Assembly: GCA_013115145.1 (NCBI GenBank)
Contig: JAAPAO010000020.1
Location: forward strand, 62,001 to 126,000
Source: Perkinsus chesapeaki ATCC PRA-425
Lineage: Eukaryota > Protista > Perkinsozoa
Direction: 5' to 3'
DNA length: 64,000 nucleotides
This document shows positions 14,677 to 23,471 of the stretch, one piece after another. A program made the translations under genes and the position numbers. The notes beneath the pieces were generated by a model. It was not told where the DNA came from and did not search any database. It was given only the letters and a program-made list of their open reading frames with translations. Position 1 is the stretch's first letter; every line of letters starts with the position of its first letter.

Positions 14677-15999
14677 TTTATTACAATTGCTACTGCTGCC
14701 GCTTTTTGGTCGCCCCATATATCATATATGTACAAATACCCGTTGCGGTGCGATGGGCGCTGAACCGCTCGGCATTTGCTTTTGCTAGTTTCACTTTGCA
14801 GGGCGGTCAACCTTAGCTGCCACTGTTTAACTGTATCATAAAAGTATTGTGTTGGTCATGATGTAATAGGGTTTAAGTAGGTGCGGCAGGTAGTTTGAGG
14901 TACCCATTAATGGATCCAGTCGGTGATACTTTACACAATGTTGTTCTGAAACCGTTGGCTTTCGTCTTTATTAGCAAGGTAAGGAGCGAACCATTGTCTG
15001 ATCGTTGATGTCCGTCGTCATGCCAGGTTTGCATTAGTACATTTTTGGCAGCATTCAATATTCACCACAACTCGGTCGAGGACGCTGCCTACACCCAGCA
15101 AACTCTGTCGCATGCCTTAGGGTTGGGGTAGGCTAACTGCTGTTGCAGTGAGCTCGGAGGGGTATGGATCAGGTACATAGTCGCTGTATTGGTGCTGGAT
15201 AGTCGCTTGAAGCACGGGATTACCTCATTCTTCAACTGCGCAGCGGTAAGTTACCTGAAATGTGGACGATCGTTACCCTATTGCCTTTCAGTTATGCTTC
15301 GCTTGAGCTCTACTTTGAGGATATTTGATCAACGATCAAATAATCATATCATGTTCGTTAAATCCTTGTCATGATGACTCGCATAAACGCGATCGTTACC
15401 TTTGTCTATCCGCTGTTGAGTTTCATCATAAAGTACCGTCGGCGTCGATGAAGGTTATAACACAGTCATTAAGTGGCCAATGCGTTATAGTAGAGCTGCA
15501 TGGATCGGTGTAGCTGATGGAAAGAGGAGACAGTTCACGAGGTAATTCTGCCACGAAGAAGTGGCATTAGCACTTGCAATCCGTGGCCACGATAGGTCAA
15601 CCCTGGCGAGGTGATCTCAATAGTTATTGGCAACGGCTGGCTACTGCGCATTGCCGAAATTGCCAATCGGTGCAGCGCTTCGCTCCGCTCATCGTGTGCG
15701 TGCTGGTCTTCGGGTGCGTAGCGCCTGCGACAGAAACTGCCAGTGCTTGGTGGCTTTACGGATCAATTTAACGTTGTGGTTAATCATACGGTATTCCGCT
15801 TGTGGAATCGCAATGCTTTGGGGTTTCAGAGACATCCGCCATCTTCCAACGGTTCTTTTTGACCGCGTTCATGCGCTGCGCGCTATTTTTCGTTGAGAGT
15901 TAATGCGTCCGATCCAGCAATACTGGCGTATCTTAGGTTGATGCATGCTGTCTTTGTGTAGGGCGCAAGATACGCTGACTTTTTTTCCACCCCTCTTGC

Positions 16000-18900
16000 A
16001 TGTCATCACATTCTATCGACTCCCATTTGAGGGGCGGTGCTCCTTATCCCGATGAGGACCCCACATCTCTGGTTAGTGGGGCTGCCTTTGCTACTATGAC
16101 CGAGGCCGCTGTGGTCTTCGTTGCCTTATGCTTTATGTATGCCCTCAAAGGGCTTGGGTCCCCGGTCACTGCAACAAGAGGCAATGCTGCTGGGTCTATT
16201 GGTATGTTGGTGGCGGTTGTATTTGCCTTCTACGATCCACACTTCACTTCCAAGTCTCTGGAAGTTGCGTTAATCTGCTTCGCGGTTGCTGCCGTTGCTG
16301 GTATTATGATTGCTAACAAGGCTAAGATGATTATGATGCCGCAAATGGTTGCTGGTTTCCATGCTATGGTCGGCTTGGCGGCGGTTATGGTTGCCTTCGC
16401 TCGTTACTTTGATCCCAACGAGGAGATGAATTCCGCCCACTTAGTCGAGACTATGATTGGTATCTTCTTTGGTGCCATGACTCTCACCGGTTCCATTGTT
16501 GCTTGTGGTAAGCTTCATGGCATTATCCGTTCCAAGGCTCTCCTCCTTCCCTTTCGTCACTGGATCAACGGAAGCATCTGTGTCGGTTCAGTTATCCTCA
16601 CTGTGTATCTCTGTATAGTCGGCAAGGGAACAACAGGCGGCGCGGTGTGCATTGGTATCGAAACCGGTATATGCCTTTACCTTGGTTGGGCTCTTGTCAT
16701 GTCTATCGGTGGCGCCGATATGCCCGTTGTTGTTTCCATGTTGAACTCCTACTCCGGTTGGACTACAGTTGCTTGCGGTTTCATGCTCTCCAACACTATC
16801 CTTATCATCGCTGGTTCTCTCATCGGTTCTTCCGGTGCTATCCTTTCCTACATCATGTGCAAGGGTATGAACCGTTCCTTCACATCTGTCATCCTCGGTG
16901 GCTTCGGTGTTGAGGAGGGTCACACCGTCGAGGTTACCGGTGAAGTGACGGAGACGAATGTCGATGAAGTGTCGCACGATTTACTCAATGCCAAGTCGGT
17001 TATTATCGTTCCTGGTTACGGTATGGCTGTTGCTCGTTGCCAGCAGTCGGTAGCTGGTATAGCTGAGCTTCTGAGGTCCCAAGGCACTAAGGTAGAGTTC
17101 GCCATTCACCCTGTCGCTGGCCGTTTGCCGGGTCACATGAACGTGCTGCTCGCTGAGGCCAATGTTCCCTATGATATCGTTAAGGAGATGGACGAGATCA
17201 ACCCTGAGTTCCCCAACACTGATGTCTCCGTCGTTTGCGGTGCTAACGATATTGTGAATCCGCTTGCTGTTGAGGATCTTTCCTCTCCCATCGGAGGCAT
17301 GCCCGTCCTTGAGGTCTGGAAGGCCAAGAAATGTGTTGTGATGAAGCGTTCTATGGCCACCGGTTATTCTGGTATCGAGAACCCCTTGTTCTACAAGGAG
17401 AACACTCGTATGCTCTTCGGTAACGCCAAAACAAGGACTCAAGAAATCCTAGCCGAACTTCAGAATTTGACGAAGGACATGCAGCCTGCTTCCGGCCCCG
17501 CAGCGAACGCCACAACACCGTTGTTAGCGGCCGACAAGAAGCCTGAGCCTCAGAAGGTTAAAGAGTATCCACCGGCTAAGAAGATCATCGGGGTGCTGAA
17601 CGAGACAAAGAACTCGGAGGAGACTCGTGTGGCAATTGCTCCTAATGCTGTATCTAAGTTCCGTGAAATGGGCTACGGCTTCATTATGGAGAGCGGATGC
17701 GGTGAAAAAGCTTCGTTCCCTGACCGCTATTATGCAACTGAAGGTTGCAAGCTCGTCAAGTCTTCCGCGGAGGTTTTCAAGGCGGCAGATATCATCTGTA
17801 AGATTAACACTCTGACCGAAGACGACATTAAGTCACTGAGGAAGGGTCAGATCGTTGTTACCTACTTGTGGCCTGCTTTCAACCCTGACCTCCTTAAGAC
17901 TCTTGCTGCTAAGGGTGTCACTGCTATGTCCGTCGATGCTGTTCCTCGTATCACTCGTGCTCAGAAGTTGGATACTCTATCCTCCATGGCTAACATGGCT
18001 GGTTACAAGGCCGTCATTGAGGCTTTCCATCTCTTGCCTCGTTTTTCGAAGCCCCTCACCACTGCTGCGGGAGCGGTACCAGCTGCCAAGGTCTTCATCA
18101 TTGGTGCTGGTGTCGCTGGTCTATCTGCAGTCGGAACAGCTCGTTCTCTTGGTGCTTTGGTCACTGCTAACGACACTCGTTCTGTTGTCAAGGAGCAGGT
18201 GGAATCTATGGGTGCCGAATTCGCTGAGGTGCCAGTTAAAGAGGAAGGTGCCGGTGCTGGTGGTTATGCCAAGGTGATGTCGGACGATTTCCGCAAGGCT
18301 CAGATGCAGCTATATGCTAGACTATGTGCTGATTCTGACGTTGTTATCACAACTGCTCAAATCCCCGGCAAGCCTGCTCCCCTTCTTATCACTAAGGATA
18401 TGGTACATTCTATGAGGCCTGGTTCCGTGATCGTCGATCTTGCCGCCCAACAGGGTGGTAACTGTGAGCTCACTCAGAAGGATAAGACCATCGTCGATCC
18501 CGAGAGCGGTGTTACTATCGTTGGGGAATCCAATCTGGCTCGTTTCATGCCTGCTCAGGCTTCCGAGCTTTTCGCCGCTAACATGGGGCATCTCTTCAAG
18601 CATATGGGCGATGCCGGCAGCTTGGATAACGCTATTGACCATCCGGACGAGGTCATTGGCCCTATCCGTTGCACCTACCATGGCCAAGTTACTTGGAAGC
18701 CTGCCGCTCCCCCTCCGCCTCCGCCGGCGGCAAAGGCTCCGGCGGCCAGCGCACCTCCGCCAGTTGCAGAGAAACCAGAGAAGAAAGAGCAATCCAATTT
18801 CTCCAAGTGGCTGAATTTCTTTATTGGCATTCTTATTGTCGGTGCTATTTGTATCTGTGCTGGTTTGAGTGATGATATGCAGCTGGTAAATCAACTAATG

Positions 18901-19146
18901 GCATTTGTTATGGCTGTCATCATTGGTTACTTTTTGGTCTGGAGTGTTGACCCTGCATTGCATACACCGTTGATGTCGGTCACTAATGCTATATCGGGTA
19001 TTATAGTTGTTGGTGCGATGACTCAATTGTCAGCTCAAGGCCACTTTGCGGCAGTGTGTGCCATTATTGGTACATTCTGTGCATCTTTCAATATCTTTGG
19101 TGGATTCTGGATCACTAAACGCATGCTTGGCATGTTCCGTAGGTAA
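16000..19146 (+). CDS. Proton-translocating NAD(P) transhydrogenase, single chain in beta-alpha order, intronless (copy 1)
   Basis: 1048-aa ORF: dII-beta (MPQMVAGFH, SMLNSYSGW), dIII (HPVAGRLPGHMNVLLAEA, GANDIVNP, KRSMATGY), linker, dI (ETRVAIAP, PRITRAQ, GAGVAGL, GGYAK, DLAAQQGGNC), Pro/Ala linker, dII-alpha (LHTPLMSVTNAISG, GGFWITKRML). Confidence 0.97.
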   Translation: MSSHSIDSHLRGGAPYPDEDPTSLVSGAAFATMTEAAVVFVALCFMYALKGLGSPVTATRGNAAGSIGMLVAVVFAFYDPHFTSKSLEVALICFAVAAVAGIMIANKAKMIMMPQMVAGFHAMVGLAAVMVAFARYFDPNEEMNSAHLVETMIGIFFGAMTLTGSIVACGKLHGIIRSKALLLPFRHWINGSICVGSVILTVYLCIVGKGTTGGAVCIGIETGICLYLGWALVMSIGGADMPVVVSMLNSYSGWTTVACGFMLSNTILIIAGSLIGSSGAILSYIMCKGMNRSFTSVILGGFGVEEGHTVEVTGEVTETNVDEVSHDLLNAKSVIIVPGYGMAVARCQQSVAGIAELLRSQGTKVEFAIHPVAGRLPGHMNVLLAEANVPYDIVKEMDEINPEFPNTDVSVVCGANDIVNPLAVEDLSSPIGGMPVLEVWKAKKCVVMKRSMATGYSGIENPLFYKENTRMLFGNAKTRTQEILAELQNLTKDMQPASGPAANATTPLLAADKKPEPQKVKEYPPAKKIIGVLNETKNSEETRVAIAPNAVSKFREMGYGFIMESGCGEKASFPDRYYATEGCKLVKSSAEVFKAADIICKINTLTEDDIKSLRKGQIVVTYLWPAFNPDLLKTLAAKGVTAMSVDAVPRITRAQKLDTLSSMANMAGYKAVIEAFHLLPRFSKPLTTAAGAVPAAKVFIIGAGVAGLSAVGTARSLGALVTANDTRSVVKEQVESMGAEFAEVPVKEEGAGAGGYAKVMSDDFRKAQMQLYARLCADSDVVITTAQIPGKPAPLLITKDMVHSMRPGSVIVDLAAQQGGNCELTQKDKTIVDPESGVTIVGESNLARFMPAQASELFAANMGHLFKHMGDAGSLDNAIDHPDEVIGPIRCTYHGQVTWKPAAPPPPPPAAKAPAASAPPPVAEKPEKKEQSNFSKWLNFFIGILIVGAICICAGLSDDMQLVNQLMAFVMAVIIGYFLVWSVDPALHTPLMSVTNAISGIIVVGAMTQLSAQGHFAAVCAIIGTFCASFNIFGGFWITKRMLGMFRR

Positions 19147-19403
19147 CCGATTAGCCTATGGTGATAATAATAATAATGGTCGTAATGTTTTCCGTAGTAG
19201 TGAGGTTCCGCTCGACTAAGAGTCCTAAAGCGGTGTACTGTTGCGTAGAGCAATGGACTGTAGCTGTGTTTTCGTGGTAGAAGCATATAGAGATTCACCA
19301 TTATAACGGTAGAGTTATGATTACTTGCACGATTGACGTGGTATTGAGTCCATTGTACCGCAGACTGCTGATAACTCGTTTCATTCTATCATCCAAAGAA
19401 GGC

Positions 19404-19440
19404 CTTGGGTTTACCGAGTACGGTCTTGGGTTTACCGAGT
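19404..19440. repeat. 16-bp direct repeat with a 21-bp period in the spacer between the transhydrogenase genes
   Basis: CTTGGGTTTACCGAGT at 19404-19419 and 19425-19440. Confidence 0.85.
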
Positions 19441-19896
19441 CTTGCTTTCCCTGAAGTGGTGGCCGCGTGTAAATCTCGCTCGCCCAGAAAAAGTAGACAA
19501 CACAAAGCGACGAGCTTCGGCTCGCTAGTATCCTGATCGGGCCGGTATTCAAGTATGTGTTCGCTAGCCTTAGTGTCCGCAGCTTAAGTTCATTCGCCTT
19601 GGAGGAATGCAGGGTCATCTCGCATCACTATGGTCTTCTTTTAGAGAGTTTAATAATAAGGGTGTTCTTGCTTCATGGTGTTGTCACCTACAGGGTGGTA
19701 GGCATCGATTAGGCTATAGCGTGGTGGTTTGTGTCGGATCGCTGCTGCCAAGTCCGTCTTCTGACTTTTGTGGACGAGTAGTACTCTGGTTGCTTGGATT
19801 GATTCGTCAGCTGGGGAGTAATGTTGCGCTTAATAGGTTGGTGGTAAACAGTTGTTATTCACTTTCGTTCTTCAGTATCGTATTGTTAGTCGAGTA

Positions 19897-22800
19897 ATGC
19901 GATTCTTCATCGCCGCTGCATCGTGTGCTTTAGCAGCTGCTGCTGAATTGAGAGGCAGTGCTGCCGCCGCTGGCGAGCTCCCCGTCGTTCCCGAGGAGAG
20001 CGTTGGCCTCATCTCCATGAACGAGGCCGCTGTTGTTTTCGTCGGCATGTGTTTCATGTATGCCTTGAGGGGTCTCGGTTCTCCTGAGACCGCCACCAAG
20101 GGTAACATGGCCGGTGTCATCGGTATGCTCGTTGCTGTCATCTTTGCTTGCCTTGACCCTCGTTTCACCCATCATTCTGGTGTCCTTGCTATCATTTGCT
20201 TCGTCATCGCTGCCATTTGCGGTTTGTGGCTCTCCTCCAAGGCCACCATGATCGTGATGCCCCAGATGGTTGCTGGTTTCCACGCCAGTGTCGGTTTCGC
20301 CGCTGTCATGGTCGCCTATGCTCGTTACTTCGATCCTGAGGAGGTCATGAACGCTGGTCACTTGGTTGAGACTATGATTGGTATCTTCTTCGGTGCCATG
20401 ACTCTCACCGGTTCCATTGTTGCTTGCGGTAAGCTTCAGGGTGTTATCCGTTCCAAGGCTCTTCTCCTTCCCTTCCGTCACTGGATCAACGGCGGTATCT
20501 GCGTTGCCTCCATTTTGCTCACCGTCTGGTTGTGCATGGTTGGTAAGGGTACCACCACCGGTATGTGGATCATCATCGCTACCACTCTCATCTGCCTTTA
20601 CCTTGGTTGGGCTCTTGTCATGTCTATCGGTGGTGCCGATATGCCCGTTGTTGTTTCTATGTTGAACTCCTACTCCGGTTGGACTACAGTTGCTTGCGGT
20701 TTCATGCTTAACAACACTATCCTAATCATTGCTGGTTCTCTTATCGGTTCTTCCGGTGCTATCCTTTCCTACATCATGTGCAAGGGTATGAACCGTTCCT
20801 TCACCTCTGTCATTCTCGGTGGCTTCGGTGTTGAGGAGGGTCACACCGTCGAGGTTACCGGTACCATTACTGAGACCAACGTCGACGAGGTTGCCGATAA
20901 GATGATCAACGCCAACTCCGTTATCATCGTTCCCGGTTACGGTATGGCTGTTGCTCGTTGCCAGCAGACTGTCGCCGGTATTGCCGACTGCCTCCGTACT
21001 CACGGTGTCAAGGTTCAGTTCGCCATTCACCCCGTCGCTGGTCGTTTGCCGGGTCACATGAACGTGTTGCTCGCTGAGGCCAATGTCCCCTATGATATCG
21101 TTAAGGAGATGGACGAGATCAACCCTGAGTTCCCCAACACTGATGTTTCTCTTGTCATTGGTGCTAACGATATCGTCAACCCCATGGCTGTTGAGGATCT
21201 CTCTTCTCCCATCGGAGGCATGCCCGTCCTTGAGGTCTGGAAGGCCAAGATGTGCGTCGTCATGAAGCGTTCTATGGCCACCGGTTACTCTGGTATCGAG
21301 AATCCCTTGTTCTACAAGGAGAACACTCGTATGCTCTTCGGTAACGCTCACGAGAAGACTCAGGAGTTGCTCGCCGCTCTTCAGGGTCTCGCCAAGGATA
21401 AGAAGGTCACCAATGCTTCTAATGATGCCTCTACTCCTCTTCTCGCTGAGGAGAAGAAGCCCGAGCCTGAAAAGGTTAAGGAGTACCCACCTGCTCTTAA
21501 GACTATTGGTGTTCTTAACGAGACTAGGAACTGTGATGAGACTCGTGTTGCCATTGCCCCCAATGTTGTATCCAAGTTCCGTGATATGGGCTTTGCCTTT
21601 GTCATGGAGCGCGGCTGCGGTGACAAGGCTTCGTTCCCCGATCGCTACTACGCCGTTGAGGGATGCAAGCTTGTTGACACTCCCGAGGAAGTCTACAAGG
21701 CGGCTGATGTCATCGTCAAGATCAATACCTTGACTGATGAGGATTTCACCAACCTCCGTCGTGGTCAGATCGTTGTCACCTACTTGTGGCCTGCTTTCAA
21801 CCCTGACCTCCTTAAGACTCTTGCTGCTAAGGGTGTCACTGCTATGTCCGTCGATGCTGTTCCTCGTATCACTCGTGCTCAGAAGTTGGATACTCTATCC
21901 TCCATGGCTAACATGGCTGGTTACAAGGCCGTCATTGAGGCTTTCCATCTCTTGCCTCGTTTCGCCAAGCCTTTGACTACTGCCGCCGGTAGCGTTCCCG
22001 CCGCCAACGTCTTCATCATTGGTGCTGGTGTTGCTGGTCTCTCTGCTATCGGAACTGCCCGTTCTCTTGGTGCTTTGGTCACTGCTAACGATACTCGTTC
22101 TGTTGTCAAGGAACAGGTCGAGTCTATGGGTGCCAAGTTCGCTGAGGTGCCTTACAAGGAGGAAGGTGCCGGTGCTGGTGGTTATGCCAAGGAGATGTCT
22201 GAGGGATTCCACAAGGCCCAGATGCAGCTCTACGCTCAGCAGATCAAGAAGGCCGACGTTGTTGTCACTACTGCTCAGATCCCCGGCAAGCCTGCTCCCC
22301 TTCTTATCACTAAGGAGGTTGTGCGCTCCATGAGACCTGGTTCCGTGATCGTCGATCTTGCCGCCCAACAAGGTGGTAACTGTGAGCTCACTCAGAAGGA
22401 CAAGACCATCGTCGATCCCGAGAGTGGCGTCACTATTGTTGGCCAGACCAACCTCGCTCGTTTCATGCCTGCTCAGGCTTCCGAGCTTTTCGCCGCTAAC
22501 ATGCGTTTCTTATTCGACCAGATGAAGGGTGCCGCTGGTATTGATGAGGCCCTTGCTCAACCTGATGATGTTATCGCTCCTATTCGTTGCACTTATCAGG
22601 GACAGGTTACCTGGAAGCCGGCTGCCCGCCCTGCTCCTCCACCGGCCCCTAAGGCTCCTGCCACTCCCAAGAAGGAGGAGGCTCCCGCCAAGGCCGAGAA
22701 GAAGCCTCAGACTGCTTTCTCCAAGTGGCTCAACTTCTTCATTGTTGTGATCATCGTTGGTGCTTGCTGTGCTGGTATTGGTGCTTGCCGCAGTGTTGCC

Positions 22801-23064
22801 TTGGTTGACCAGATGATGGCTTTCGTCATGGCTGTTATCGTCGGTTACTTCCTTGTCTGGGGTGTCGATCATGCCTTGCATACTCCTCTTATGTCTGAGA
22901 CTAACGCCATCTCTGGTATCATCATCGTTGGTGCTATGCAGCAGCTCTCTGCCGCCGGCACTTTCGCTCAGATTTGTGCCATCTTGGGTACCTTCGCTGC
23001 CGGCTTCAATATCTTTGGTGGTTTCTGGATCACTAAGCGTATGCTTGCCATGTTCCACCGATAA
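19897..23064 (+). CDS. Proton-translocating NAD(P) transhydrogenase, beta-alpha order, intronless, with putative N-terminal signal peptide (copy 2)
   Basis: Same motif set as copy 1. First ATG is 19897: MRFFIAAASCALAAAAELRG. Strong C/T-ending codon bias. Confidence 0.97.
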   Translation: MRFFIAAASCALAAAAELRGSAAAAGELPVVPEESVGLISMNEAAVVFVGMCFMYALRGLGSPETATKGNMAGVIGMLVAVIFACLDPRFTHHSGVLAIICFVIAAICGLWLSSKATMIVMPQMVAGFHASVGFAAVMVAYARYFDPEEVMNAGHLVETMIGIFFGAMTLTGSIVACGKLQGVIRSKALLLPFRHWINGGICVASILLTVWLCMVGKGTTTGMWIIIATTLICLYLGWALVMSIGGADMPVVVSMLNSYSGWTTVACGFMLNNTILIIAGSLIGSSGAILSYIMCKGMNRSFTSVILGGFGVEEGHTVEVTGTITETNVDEVADKMINANSVIIVPGYGMAVARCQQTVAGIADCLRTHGVKVQFAIHPVAGRLPGHMNVLLAEANVPYDIVKEMDEINPEFPNTDVSLVIGANDIVNPMAVEDLSSPIGGMPVLEVWKAKMCVVMKRSMATGYSGIENPLFYKENTRMLFGNAHEKTQELLAALQGLAKDKKVTNASNDASTPLLAEEKKPEPEKVKEYPPALKTIGVLNETRNCDETRVAIAPNVVSKFRDMGFAFVMERGCGDKASFPDRYYAVEGCKLVDTPEEVYKAADVIVKINTLTDEDFTNLRRGQIVVTYLWPAFNPDLLKTLAAKGVTAMSVDAVPRITRAQKLDTLSSMANMAGYKAVIEAFHLLPRFAKPLTTAAGSVPAANVFIIGAGVAGLSAIGTARSLGALVTANDTRSVVKEQVESMGAKFAEVPYKEEGAGAGGYAKEMSEGFHKAQMQLYAQQIKKADVVVTTAQIPGKPAPLLITKEVVRSMRPGSVIVDLAAQQGGNCELTQKDKTIVDPESGVTIVGQTNLARFMPAQASELFAANMRFLFDQMKGAAGIDEALAQPDDVIAPIRCTYQGQVTWKPAARPAPPPAPKAPATPKKEEAPAKAEKKPQTAFSKWLNFFIVVIIVGACCAGIGACRSVALVDQMMAFVMAVIVGYFLVWGVDHALHTPLMSETNAISGIIIVGAMQQLSAAGTFAQICAILGTFAAGFNIFGGFWITKRMLAMFHR

Positions 23065-23471
23065 ATGTTGTGGTCTACAGCTATCCAAGGCTTTATTTAG
23101 TGTAAAGGGTCTCCTGAAATAAAGGAGTTCTCTTTCAACTTTTGGCCTGATGTTACTATTGTTCGCTCGACATTGAGCGCTTAAACGATCGATGCCGATG
23201 GCGACTGAACTACTACCATTCGAGGGAACTATTTTTTGCTTGGCCCGAGGGCCTCGCTCCTTGTTGACGATTGTTGGATGCGTGCATTCTTTGTTTTTTC
23301 CGGCATAAGTTTCTAGTTCCTGGCAGCCGGAGTCCTACAAGCGTATACAATATTGCTACCAAACATGGCGTCTTGTGTTTCTATAGTGGGTAACGCAATA
23401 CCAGTAGGAAAGGTAGATGGTACACATAGCACGAAAGGGATCACGGCAATCCCCGAACTGCCTCTATATCA

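Noticed and set aside
14873-15900. Short ORFs between the MAPK and transhydrogenase copy 1
   Set aside because: No consistent exon chain or recognisable motif. A small gene cannot be excluded but is not supported.
16588-23088. Long antisense ORFs (up to 209 aa) over both transhydrogenases
   Set aside because: Explained by codon bias (few TTA/CTA/TCA codons means few antisense stops). They are duplicated along with the sense genes and have no recognisable motifs.
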